DNA of 63,979 nt, counting the filler, from the NCBI GenBank assembly GCA_964501035.1. It is 4 parts of 4 records of this genome, joined end to end, with 100 filler letters (N's around TTAATTAATTAA, not from the genome) between each part and the next. Parts side by side here need not be neighbours in the genome. Positions count along the whole stretch, not along the records: positions 1 to 20,766 come from CAZCRK010000023.1; positions 20,867 to 41,544 come from CAZCRK010000024.1; 2 more parts are not named here. One strand, written 5' to 3'. Below are positions 19,249 to 28,826 of this stretch, one piece after another. Made by a program: the position numbers and the translations under genes. Every line of letters begins with the position of its first letter. Within the stretch, counting starts at the first letter, position 1. Under the pieces are notes generated by a model. That model saw only the letters and a list, made by a program, of their open reading frames with translations, did not search any database and had not been told where the DNA came from.

Positions 19249-20244
19249 ATGTCAGTACATTATAGTGAACTAGGACTAGTAAATACGAAAGAAATGTTTA
19301 AAAATGCAATGAAAGGGAAGTATGCTGTTCCAGGGTATAATTTCAATAATTTAGAGCAAATTCAGGCTATTATTCAAGCCAGCGTGGAAAGCGGATCACC
19401 TGTCATTTTACAAGTTTCGTCAGGTGCACGTAAGTATGCAAACCAAACTATGCTTAGATATATGGCACAAGGTGCTGTGGAGTATGCCAAAGAGTTAGGA
19501 AAAAATATACCCATTGCGCTTCATCTTGATCATGGTGACACATTTGAATTATGTAAATCTTGCATTGACCTTGGATTTTCATCTGTAATGATTGACGCAT
19601 CTCATCACTCATTTGATAAAAATGTTGCATTAACCAAAAAAGTTGTTGATTATGCCCATCAATATGATGTGAGTGTTGAAGCAGAGTTAGGTATTTTAGC
19701 TGGAGTAGAAGATGATGTAGTGGCTGAAAAATCAACATACACTCGACCTGAAGAAGTAATTGAATTTGTTGAAAGAACAAACTGTGATTCATTGGCTATA
19801 TCAATTGGTACTTCTCATGGTGCATTTAAATTTACCCCCGACCAATGTACTAAAGATGAGAATGGTATTTTAATTCCACCCATGCTAAAATTTGATGTAC
19901 TTGAAGCTGTTGAAGAAAAATTACCTGGGTTTCCAATCGTCTTACACGGGTCTTCATCTGTACCCCAAGAATTAGTGGACATGATTAATAACTTTGGAGG
20001 TCAATTAGATGCAGCAATTGGAATCCCAGAAGAATGGTTGCGTAAAGCGGCACAGTCTTCAGTGTGTAAGATAAATATTGATTCTGACGGTCGGTTGGCT
20101 ATGACAGGGGAAATACGGAAAGTTTTAGAAGAAAATTCAGCTGTTTTTGACCCTCGAAAATATTTAGGGCCTGCTCGTGATGCACTCAAAGATATGTATA
20201 TGCGTAAAAATAAAGATGTATTGGGCTGCTCCGGAAATTATTAG
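19249..20244 (+). CDS. fba: Class II fructose-bisphosphate aldolase
   Basis: LHLDHG, SVMIDAS, IGTSHGA, VLHGSS, KINIDSD. Confidence 0.93.
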   Translation: MSVHYSELGLVNTKEMFKNAMKGKYAVPGYNFNNLEQIQAIIQASVESGSPVILQVSSGARKYANQTMLRYMAQGAVEYAKELGKNIPIALHLDHGDTFELCKSCIDLGFSSVMIDASHHSFDKNVALTKKVVDYAHQYDVSVEAELGILAGVEDDVVAEKSTYTRPEEVIEFVERTNCDSLAISIGTSHGAFKFTPDQCTKDENGILIPPMLKFDVLEAVEEKLPGFPIVLHGSSSVPQELVDMINNFGGQLDAAIGIPEEWLRKAAQSSVCKINIDSDGRLAMTGEIRKVLEENSAVFDPRKYLGPARDALKDMYMRKNKDVLGCSGNY

Positions 20245-20333
20245 TTTCATAGGTGTACTCAGACAACAATTTAAAATTATAATTTCTTCAAACAACTAAC
20301 TATATTCTGTCCATTTGGCAGACTAAATTATTT

Positions 20334-20349
20334 TGGCATACATTTTGCA
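20334..20349 (+). promoter_or_regulatory. Sigma-54 (-24/-12) promoter upstream of groES
   Basis: TGGCATACATTTTGCA, exact GG-N10-GC spacing. Confidence 0.6.
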
Positions 20350-20403
20350 AAAGTGCATGCTGTAGTTTAAAATTTTATTTTAATTAATTACTTAGGAGTA
20401 AAA

Positions 20404-20688
20404 ATGAACATTAAACCTCTTTCAGATAGAGTAGTGGTAAAACCACAAGAAGCAGAAGAGAAAACAGCGTCTGGAATTATACTTCCTGATACTGCAAAAG
20501 AAAAACCCCAAATGGGTACTGTTGTAGCCGTTGGCACTGGTAAAATAAGTGATTCCGGTGATACAATTAAAATGATGGTCAAAAAAGGTGATACTGTTTT
20601 ATACGGTAAATATTCTGGAACAGAAATTACAATTGAAGGCGATGAAGTCCTTATTATGCGTGAATCAGATATTTTAGCAATCGTTTAA
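20404..20688 (+). CDS. groES: Co-chaperonin GroES
   Basis: [32 protein letters not shown]. Confidence 0.97.
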   Translation: MNIKPLSDRVVVKPQEAEEKTASGIILPDTAKEKPQMGTVVAVGTGKISDSGDTIKMMVKKGDTVLYGKYSGTEITIEGDEVLIMRESDILAIV

Positions 20689-20701
20689 CCAAGGAGCAAA
20701 A

Positions 20702-20766
20702 ATGGCAAAAGATATAAAATATAATTTAGAAGCAAGATCTGCGCTAAAAGAAGGTGTAGATAATTT
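20702..20766 (+). CDS. groEL: Chaperonin GroEL, N-terminal fragment cut by contig end
   Basis: MAKDIKYNLEARSALKEGVDN after AAGGAG, directly downstream of groES. Confidence 0.9.
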
Positions 20767-20866
20767 NNNNNNNNNNNNNNNNNNNNNNNNNNNNNNNNNN
20801 NNNNNNNNNNTTAATTAATTAANNNNNNNNNNNNNNNNNNNNNNNNNNNNNNNNNNNNNNNNNNNN
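20767..20866. other. Artificial contig linker
   Basis: 44 N, TTAATTAATTAA, 44 N. Confidence 0.98.
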
Positions 20867-21941
20867 TATCACACCATATTTGGTTGCCAATTTGTATTTC
20901 TGAAGCATCACCACCCCAAACCCCAGCACAGTCTTGTACACAATCATTTGTAGTATCCGAATCACATACATCGCAATTATCTAAAAGAGCATCACCATCA
21001 CAAACACCAGCACAATCCCTTTCAGCATCTGTACAACAATCACTATTACCGTCAATATAAGCATCACCATTTGGAGTACCTAAACAATCATCACACTCAT
21101 CACCACTATCATCTGCTTCTACGCAACCACAATCACTTTGCCAATGCGTTCCATCACAAATTCCTGCACAATCGTGAACATTTGTATAACAAGCATCATC
21201 TTCATCGTCGTTGTTGGTTACCCAATCTTCTTCAACAAGCACATCACAAAATTCAAAAGATTCTCCAAATCCTAAACCATCACCATCTGCATCAAACCAA
21301 TAGTTTTCAAAAATTGCAGTTCCATTGCAAACACCCGAACAATCTCTTTCAGCATCTGTACAACAATCATTATTACCATCAATATATGCGATTCCATAAG
21401 GCGTTCCTGCACAGTCATCGCATTCATCTCCACTATTTTCAAAATCTACACAACCGCAATCACTTAACCAGTGTGTTCCACCCCATTCACCAGCACAATC
21501 AGCCTCGCAATCATTGGTTAATTCGCTATCACAAACATCACAATTATCTAATTGTGCTACCCCTCCACAATATTCGTTACAATCATAATTATCAAAACCG
21601 TTGGTTGTTAGTGTAAATAAATCAGATTGTCCTATATTATTACTTTCATCTGTTGATTCTAGGAGTAACGAATGTTGAGCATTTTCAAAGGCACAAATAT
21701 CCCAATCAAATTCGTAAGGGTATTCTGTATCTTCAAATACAATATCACCATCTACAATAAAAATTACTTTTAGTATTTCACTTTCATCAGAGACGGTTAC
21801 TTTTACAGTTGTCAATTCTGTTAAAGTAGAACCATTAACTGGGTAGGTTATGGTAACATTTGGTGCAGTAGTATCACTTTCCGTTGGTGAATCACACGAA
21901 AGTACAAATAACCCTACTATAAATATACCAAATTTCTTCAT
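20867..21941 (-). CDS. Cys/Asp-rich repeat lipoprotein with Ig-like domain, 3' end truncated
   Basis: Lipobox VLS-C; DTTAPNVTITYP Ig-like domain; DCAGxxGG repeats; ends EIQIGNQIW at contig edge. Confidence 0.85.
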
Positions 21942-22080
21942 TTTGAACTCCTATTTTATCAAAAACTGTTAATTTCACTAACACAAATTAACAACGAAAA
22001 CACCGAATAAACGAAAGTGAATAAGTTTAAAGTTGTAAAGTTCTTAAAGTTAAAAGTATCTAGCATCTATTTCCTTATTC

Positions 22081-22176
22081 GTCTAAATCAGGATAAACTG
22101 GATTGATGGATACACTGGATGAAATACAGAAGACTCAATCCTGTAAATATTACCATCCCGCAATCTTGATTTTGAC
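22081..22176. repeat. Degenerate element with terminal inverted repeats (MITE/REP-like)
   Basis: GTCTAAATCAGGAT (22081-22094) versus ATCTTGATTTTGAC (22163-22176), 12/14 complementary. Confidence 0.45.
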
Positions 22177-22186
22177 AGTTTCTGAC

Positions 22187-22235
22187 CCTTTCAAAGGTTT
22201 CAAACCTTTGAAAGGATTACGTTAAGGATTACGTT
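22187..22235. repeat. Perfect REP-like palindrome plus 12-bp tandem duplication
   Basis: CCTTTCAAAGGTTT-C-AAACCTTTGAAAGG (22187-22215); AAGGATTACGTT twice (22212-22235). Confidence 0.75.
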
Positions 22236-25066
22236 TACTTTTCAACTCTATGCCTCTTCACCAATACTTCCATCACTTCTGTGTGAAATGCTCTTCTAAT
22301 TTTATACATTCCACCCTTGTTTCGTGATGGATGTACTCTGTTAGTCAGTAAAATTACAATAATTTCTTCTGTTGGGTCAATCCAAAGGCTTGTACCCGTA
22401 AACCCCAAATGTCCGTATGATTTATGTGAAAAATAATCTCCCGCAGAACTTTTTCCATTTCGTGATGGTGTATCCCACCCCAATGTTCGTTCAGAACCTT
22501 GTGGAATATTTCGACGTTTGGTAAACCTGCGAATATCAGACTCCCAAAAATATCTTTTCCCCAGCCATGTCCCTTGGTTGAGCATCATTTGTGCATATTT
22601 ACCAATATCTTCTGCGTTTGAAAATAAACCAGCGTGTCCCGCAACACCCCCTAATACATGCGCATTTTCATCATGCACGTCTCCATGAACCAATCTATTT
22701 CTAAACAATGCGTCAAATTCTGTGGGAACTATTTGAATTAGTAGACTGCTATCGGGTGTAAACATAGTATTCTGCATACCTAAAGGTCGGTAAATCCACC
22801 TATCTGAAAACCAATCAAGAGAGTGCTTCCCAACTTTTTCTGCAATATATTGCAGTAGAATCATGCCTAAATCACTATATTGATATTGCGTTCCGGGTTC
22901 AAAATCAAGGTTTTGCATTACAATATCATCTATAATTTCGTCAGGAGATTTGACTGGTGTATCTAAAAAATATTGAATAAAGGGTTTTAATCCAGAAGAA
23001 TGTGTGAGTAAATGTTCAATGGTTACTTTGTTTTTCCATTCTCCTGTAAACTGTGGGAAAAATTGATGGATTGTCTGATGCAGACCTAATTTTTTTTGGG
23101 AGATTAACTTCATTATAATGGGGGTAGTTGCAAGTACTTTTGTTAGGGAGGCAATATCATAGATGGATTCGGGTGTAACCGGAGGAGATTGGTTGTCATA
23201 AATATGGTGTCCAAACCCACGTGATGCAATCACATTACCCTGTTTACTTACAAATACTTGTGCTCCAGGAAAAATACTATCAGCAATGGCATCGTTCAAA
23301 ACACCCCATGCTTTATCTAAATTAAATTTTTTAGAGGATGAATCAAATCCTGTTTTTCGATTACTGCTTAGCAGACCATGACCTTGCTTGAAATGTGCAT
23401 CTAAATTGACAGGTAATATTCCCTGAATCGGCTTTCTTCCCCATAGTGCATCGGAGGCTGCCTTTTGAGAAACAGAACCATACCCATACGCACAAACGTA
23501 GGCAGGAAGATAATCATATGATGGCAAGTATGGACTTCCAAAACTCATGACGACAAATGGAATCTGTCTTTTATACATTTGCTCTAACAAATCTGCATGA
23601 GTTTCATCGATTGTGGATTGTCCTTTATCCATTCGAATTCGTACAAGCAATGATACTACTACTAAGTCAGACTGGGATATTTTGTTGATTATTTCATTTA
23701 TCCGAGTTGAGCTAATTTCATCATTTACAATTACATTTTGAACATTCCCATGTGTGTAATTAATATCTCGAATAATTGGGTCAAGCATGTCTCGTACTCC
23801 ATCATCTGTCGATAATACAAGATGCGTTAACGAATTAATTTTTTCAGGTTTTAATGGAATAATTTTATTTTCATTTTTGACTAAAGTAATTGATTTTTCA
23901 GCAATTTCTTTTGCGATATTACCATTGTTTGAAATTCCAATATTTTGCTCAACATTTTCCCAATCTGTTCGTTTATTTTCAAACAATCCACATTCTGTTT
24001 TCATATCCCAAATTCGTTGAACGGATTCATTTATTCTATCTTCAGTAATACGACCTTGGAGAACCGCTTGCTCCAGTGCATCAATGGTTTGGTCCACATC
24101 CATTGGGAGAAGGAGAATATCCGACCCTGCTTCAACAGCACGAAGTGCAGATTCACCTGCCCATGTTGACTGAGTCAGACCACCCATTTCCATTCCATCC
24201 GTAATTACAATACCTTGAAAGCCCCATTCATCGCGTAGTAATTCTGTAGTTATCTTGTATGAATGAGATGCGGGTTTTCCACTTGGATCTAATCCTGGTA
24301 GTGCAATATGTCCCACCATAATCATTTTCACGCCTGCATCCACTGCAGATTTGAATGGTGCTAACTCGATTGATTCTAACTCAGTTCGATTTCCTTTAAT
24401 TGTAGGCAAACTGGAGTGACTGTCAGTAGATGTGTTTCCATGACCAGGGAAATGTTTTGCACAGGCAATAAGACCATTATCTTGCGCACCTTTAATAAAC
24501 TGAGTTCCAAACTTGATTACTGACTCGGGTGAATCGCTATATGACCTAAAATTTATAATTGGATTATCAGGATTATTATTGACATCCATTACCGGCGAGA
24601 AAGTTACATGCACACCCATTGCTCTTGCTTCATCAGCGGTGACCTGACCTTGACTATATGCCAATTGAGGATTGTATGTTGCAGTTACAGCCATATTGCT
24701 AGGAAATAGGGTTGCTCCACGCATCCATTGTCCCAATCCACGTTCATAATCTGCTGAAACTAAGAGTGGAATTTGTGATTTAGATTGAAAATATTGAATA
24801 TTGTGAAACGTGCCATGGATACTACCACCAAATGAAATTACACCACCAATTCCAACGTCTTCTAAATACCTATCAAGTTCTTTTTTATACCAATGCTCAG
24901 TATTATAAAAATCACCTCGTACCCTCACCATAATCATTTGAGCAATTTTTTCTCGCAGGGTTAGATCTTGCCAATGATAAGTATTGGTTTTGATTTTCTC
25001 AATATGCACGGGTGGTGATTGAGTACAACCTAAAATAAAAATACTTAGAAGTAGAAGTTTATTCAT
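22235..25066 (-). CDS. GH3 beta-N-acetylglucosaminidase fused to beta-lactamase-family serine hydrolase (NagZ-AmiE-like lipoprotein)
   Basis: Lipobox ILG-C; ADYERG, KHFPGHG, DSH; SLTK (SxxK), LLTHSSGL, YSD, GHLGFTG. Confidence 0.9.
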   Translation of the reverse strand: MNKLLLLSIFILGCTQSPPVHIEKIKTNTYHWQDLTLREKIAQMIMVRVRGDFYNTEHWYKKELDRYLEDVGIGGVISFGGSIHGTFHNIQYFQSKSQIPLLVSADYERGLGQWMRGATLFPSNMAVTATYNPQLAYSQGQVTADEARAMGVHVTFSPVMDVNNNPDNPIINFRSYSDSPESVIKFGTQFIKGAQDNGLIACAKHFPGHGNTSTDSHSSLPTIKGNRTELESIELAPFKSAVDAGVKMIMVGHIALPGLDPSGKPASHSYKITTELLRDEWGFQGIVITDGMEMGGLTQSTWAGESALRAVEAGSDILLLPMDVDQTIDALEQAVLQGRITEDRINESVQRIWDMKTECGLFENKRTDWENVEQNIGISNNGNIAKEIAEKSITLVKNENKIIPLKPEKINSLTHLVLSTDDGVRDMLDPIIRDINYTHGNVQNVIVNDEISSTRINEIINKISQSDLVVVSLLVRIRMDKGQSTIDETHADLLEQMYKRQIPFVVMSFGSPYLPSYDYLPAYVCAYGYGSVSQKAASDALWGRKPIQGILPVNLDAHFKQGHGLLSSNRKTGFDSSSKKFNLDKAWGVLNDAIADSIFPGAQVFVSKQGNVIASRGFGHHIYDNQSPPVTPESIYDIASLTKVLATTPIIMKLISQKKLGLHQTIHQFFPQFTGEWKNKVTIEHLLTHSSGLKPFIQYFLDTPVKSPDEIIDDIVMQNLDFEPGTQYQYSDLGMILLQYIAEKVGKHSLDWFSDRWIYRPLGMQNTMFTPDSSLLIQIVPTEFDALFRNRLVHGDVHDENAHVLGGVAGHAGLFSNAEDIGKYAQMMLNQGTWLGKRYFWESDIRRFTKRRNIPQGSERTLGWDTPSRNGKSSAGDYFSHKSYGHLGFTGTSLWIDPTEEIIVILLTNRVHPSRNKGGMYKIRRAFHTEVMEVLVKRHRVEK

Positions 25067-26156
25067 TTACATATTCTCTTTTTACACGTTTAGAAACACC
25101 TGTTAAATAAATATACGGAATTGTGTTATACCGTTTAGAAATACTTTCAATATCTGCACCTTGATTTTTGCACCCCCACAGAGAGACTTTATCATATTCT
25201 TGAATATTGGATTCCCCGACTTCAATACATGTAAGGTCCATAGACACTTTTCCTAATATTTTAAGCGAATGTTCTTTGTAATATACGAAACCCGTATTCG
25301 AAAACTCAATCGGAATACCGTCAGCATATCCACTTTGAATAATCGCAATTTCCATATCCTGTTTGGCGATATATGTTTGTCCATAACCGATTGATTCACC
25401 CTGTTTAATTTTCTTTTTCAGAACAACTGATGCAACAAACTCCATTACAGGTTTTAAGGAATTGGTTGCTTCAATTGGATTAACTCCATATAGTGCTATT
25501 CCAGTACGAACTAAGTTAAAATGCGTACTTTTATTGATTAACATTCCTGCACTATTTGCAATATGAAAATATTTAATTTGAAACGGTTGGACATAGGATT
25601 TAATTTCTAAAAATTTTGTTAGCTGATTATTTAACATTTTCTGATTTGTTTCGGCCGTCGCAAAATGAGAATATATGCCTTCTAGTTTGATATATTTACT
25701 CTTTGTCAACAGATCTATAGCTTGTTTGAACTCATCAAAAGCAACACCCATTCGTCCCATACCTGTATCAATATTGATATGCACAATACAACGTGTGTTT
25801 GTTGATTTACATAAATTTTCTAAAACTTGAATATCTAAAATTGAATTTATTGTACAACGCACTTGTGGATTGGTGAAAATATCTAATCCCGATTTTGGTA
25901 GTCGTCCAAGATGTAAAATTGGTTTTTTTATAGATGCATTAATTAAGTCGTGAATTTCTTTTACTAAAGCTACACAATACCCATGAACATTTTCTTTTTC
26001 CAGTTCTTGAGCAATTCTGATGATACCATGACCGTATGCATCTGCTTTTAAAACAGCTAATATTTTGGCTTCACCAATTTGGGATTGAATTGTATTGAAA
26101 TTTTGTCTAAGATTTTGGAGATGAATTTTAACTCGAGGCTGTAGCAAGATACTCAC
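25059..26156 (-). CDS. alr: Alanine racemase
   Basis: AVLKADAYGHG, DTGMGRMG, SHFATA, GYADG, VSMD. Confidence 0.93.
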   Translation of the reverse strand: MSILLQPRVKIHLQNLRQNFNTIQSQIGEAKILAVLKADAYGHGIIRIAQELEKENVHGYCVALVKEIHDLINASIKKPILHLGRLPKSGLDIFTNPQVRCTINSILDIQVLENLCKSTNTRCIVHINIDTGMGRMGVAFDEFKQAIDLLTKSKYIKLEGIYSHFATAETNQKMLNNQLTKFLEIKSYVQPFQIKYFHIANSAGMLINKSTHFNLVRTGIALYGVNPIEATNSLKPVMEFVASVVLKKKIKQGESIGYGQTYIAKQDMEIAIIQSGYADGIPIEFSNTGFVYYKEHSLKILGKVSMDLTCIEVGESNIQEYDKVSLWGCKNQGADIESISKRYNTIPYIYLTGVSKRVKREYVNE

Positions 26157-27126
26157 CTTTTAAAATATCGGATGGTAATATCGTAATGTCATGAAGCTTT
26201 GCTGAAAGTAAACCTGCTCCATATGCTGGAGATAACTCTGAAAATGTCCACTTGATATCAGAAAAATCAAACTGCAAAGCATCATTTAATGTTTTACGGT
26301 AAAATGCATTCCTTATCACACTGCCATTTCCTGCTAGTACAACGGATTTTTCTTTATATCCCACTTCATGCAATAAATCAATTAAATATTCAGAAACTGA
26401 TTTTGTGGCTTCTTGAACTATTGATAATGCTAATTCATTTCCTGTTTCAGCACATGATATAACATGTTTTGCCATAGAAGCTATCATAGATAATGAATTA
26501 TCATCATTAGATAATTTTTCAATTGCGTTAGAAAATACTTCTTCTTCAGTAACCATTAATAAAATATCTTGAAGTTCGATGAGTTCGGCATCGCCAACAA
26601 CTGATGTTTCATTGGCAGCTAAATGCATTATTGCTTGACGACCTATCCAATATCCACTACCAATATCACCCTCAAAATGACCTTTTCCAGCAGAACGATA
26701 TACTTTTCCATCAGGTTTTTTAACAATGCAAATAACCCCAGTTCCAACAGTAACTAATACACCAAAATCTCCTGGACAACTCAGTTCGTAGGCAGCTTCA
26801 GCATCATTTAGAATCAATGTTCGTTGAGCCAGACCTAACTTATCTAATTCTTTAAACACTAAATCTCTACCATCTTTATCAGATGCGGCTGCAAGCCCTA
26901 ACCCAACAGAATCTATGGTATCATTTGCAATTTTTGCTTGATCACATAAATCATTAATTAAATTTGAAATTCTTTGGGCAGCCAACTCTTTATACACAGA
27001 TAAATTGGTTCCTTTTTCATAGGAAATTGCAATCGTTTCGCCCAATTCATTAAATAATACTCCCCTTGAAGAAGTTGCTCCTCCATCAACGCCAACTATA
27101 TAATAACTATCTTCAGAATTTTTCAA
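26128..27126 (-). CDS. BadF/BadG-family N-acetylglucosamine/MurNAc kinase
   Basis: GVDGGATSS, LNDAEAA, VGTG, GDIGSGYWIGR. Confidence 0.82.
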   Translation of the reverse strand: MKNSEDSYYIVGVDGGATSSRGVLFNELGETIAISYEKGTNLSVYKELAAQRISNLINDLCDQAKIANDTIDSVGLGLAAASDKDGRDLVFKELDKLGLAQRTLILNDAEAAYELSCPGDFGVLVTVGTGVICIVKKPDGKVYRSAGKGHFEGDIGSGYWIGRQAIMHLAANETSVVGDAELIELQDILLMVTEEEVFSNAIEKLSNDDNSLSMIASMAKHVISCAETGNELALSIVQEATKSVSEYLIDLLHEVGYKEKSVVLAGNGSVIRNAFYRKTLNDALQFDFSDIKWTFSELSPAYGAGLLSAKLHDITILPSDILKGEYLATASS

Positions 27127-27127
27127 A

Positions 27128-27868
27128 CTATCCTCTAAATTTTTTATGACTTAAAACAACATTTACAAAAAATAATACAATGCATAAAATTAGCATTATA
27201 ACAATTGAGCTTAATTCTATAGAATTATTTTGCACAATAGATTGTAAATTTTCAAAAATTCCACTTAATGGAATAAACTTTATCATTTTTTGAAATGTAT
27301 TTGGGTATATTTCTAGTGGTATAAATGCTCCCAATCCAAATGCAATCACAAGATGTAAAATAAAATTTGAAAATGATGAAATAAACTCATTTCGAATAAG
27401 TAAACCAAACAATGTTCCAATAATTGAAAAGAAAATAACTGAGATAAGTGAGATCAAGCCAATTTGCGCAACTTGAACTACAGTATAATATTCATGATTA
27501 ATAGATGTTGTTAGTACAAATGAAAACAAGAATTGAATCATACCTAAAATACATGCCCATATCATTATCGGAAGTAATATTTGCACGTTGCTCATTGGTG
27601 CTTTTAGATAAATCTCAAGTTGTTCAGAATTACCTCTAATCTTTTTCAATCTATAGAATGATGTTGAAAAAGCAATAAATCCTGAAGACACAATCCAAAT
27701 TCCTGGGGCTACCCAATTTAAATAACGGATATCTAATTGAATCACTTTTGAAAGAGGTATTGCAATAAGAATATGTAACACCATTGGAAACACTGCCCAA
27801 ACAAATACAAGACTCAGTGCTTTTTTACGGAAACTAAACCAATCTCTTTTTAACATTATGGAAAGCAT
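27128..27868 (-). CDS. ABC-2 type transporter permease
   Basis: Six hydrophobic segments, PG motif, GAFIPLE.YP; coupled to ABC ATPase. Confidence 0.78.
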   Translation of the reverse strand: MLSIMLKRDWFSFRKKALSLVFVWAVFPMVLHILIAIPLSKVIQLDIRYLNWVAPGIWIVSSGFIAFSTSFYRLKKIRGNSEQLEIYLKAPMSNVQILLPIMIWACILGMIQFLFSFVLTTSINHEYYTVVQVAQIGLISLISVIFFSIIGTLFGLLIRNEFISSFSNFILHLVIAFGLGAFIPLEIYPNTFQKMIKFIPLSGIFENLQSIVQNNSIELSSIVIMLILCIVLFFVNVVLSHKKFRG

Positions 27869-28794
27869 TATTCTAACCCCCCATCAGTTAAACCTACAAA
27901 CAAATCACGTAAGGTACAAATTCCTGTATCAATATCATCTAACTCATAATTCAATGCTAATTTTAATACATTAAAAAACTGTTTTCGTTCACGTGAATAA
28001 AATTCCAAATCCAAACCTTTGAGCGTTGGACGTAATACACGTGGGTATTCTTTCAACTTATTCATAAATTCATCAGGTGGATTTTTTGTAAAAGATAATC
28101 TATACCGAGTTAACCCGTGGGTCGTCTCAATTAACCTATCCAACGTACCATCCATTTTAATATTTCCATTATGGAGAATTGCAATTCTATCTGCATACCG
28201 CTCTGCTTCGGATAGATTTTGCGTTGTAAACAAAATTGTTTTTGATGTGTGCAATTTATCTAAAACATCCCAAACTTTCGATCGAGTATGAGGGTCTAAT
28301 CCGGCAGTCGGTTCATCCAATAAAATAACTTCAGGATCGTGGATTAAAGCTCGTGCAAAAATTACCTTTCGTAAGTGTCCTGATGCTAAATCACTTGGGT
28401 ATTTTTGCAATTGTTGCTTGAATTCTAATATCTCAGACCATCTTTTAATACTGTTTTGGGCTTCTTTAACGGTTAAGCCGTGTAATTGAGCATAAATTAA
28501 CAGGTTTTCATAAACTGAAAGCTCATCATCTAAGTTATTAGATTGTGGCATATACCCTGTTATTGATCGGGTTTCAATTCCACGAGTTTGAATATCTTTC
28601 CCGTGAATGTATGCCATACCTTTATCTTTTTCAATTAGTCCTATCAACATTTTTAGTATGATAGATTTTCCAGACCCATTTTCACCAATTATTACAAATG
28701 TTGTTCCCTTTTCAACACCAAATGATAAATCAGCAAGGAGTGTGTTTTCCCTTATTGTTTTTGCGATTGCTTTTAATGTTATTGATGCTTCCAT
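27868..28794 (-). CDS. ABC transporter ATP-binding protein (DrrA/NodI-like) with degenerate motifs
   Basis: GENGSGKS, LLDEPTAGLDP; signature LASGH; H-loop TTQN. Confidence 0.88.
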   Translation of the reverse strand: MEASITLKAIAKTIRENTLLADLSFGVEKGTTFVIIGENGSGKSIILKMLIGLIEKDKGMAYIHGKDIQTRGIETRSITGYMPQSNNLDDELSVYENLLIYAQLHGLTVKEAQNSIKRWSEILEFKQQLQKYPSDLASGHLRKVIFARALIHDPEVILLDEPTAGLDPHTRSKVWDVLDKLHTSKTILFTTQNLSEAERYADRIAILHNGNIKMDGTLDRLIETTHGLTRYRLSFTKNPPDEFMNKLKEYPRVLRPTLKGLDLEFYSRERKQFFNVLKLALNYELDDIDTGICTLRDLFVGLTDGGLE

Positions 28795-28826
28795 GAATTT
28801 ATATTATCTTCATTAGTTATTTACAT

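Noticed and set aside
20767..20866. TTAATTAATTAA palindrome in N-runs, also at 41545-41644 and 61971-62070
   Set aside because: Identical 100-nt linkers with stops in all frames; assembly artefact. Genes cut here (groEL, lipoprotein, ileS) are not pseudogenes.
21071..21616. His-rich 181-aa plus-strand ORF
   Set aside because: Antisense shadow of the Asp/Cys-rich lipoprotein repeats
20867..21941. Cys-rich lipoprotein as the DGR target
   Set aside because: No sequence matching the template is visible and its truncated end resembles a different domain; cannot be supported
22021..22056. AAAGTT-like short tandem run
   Set aside because: Low-complexity, irregular, no supportable function
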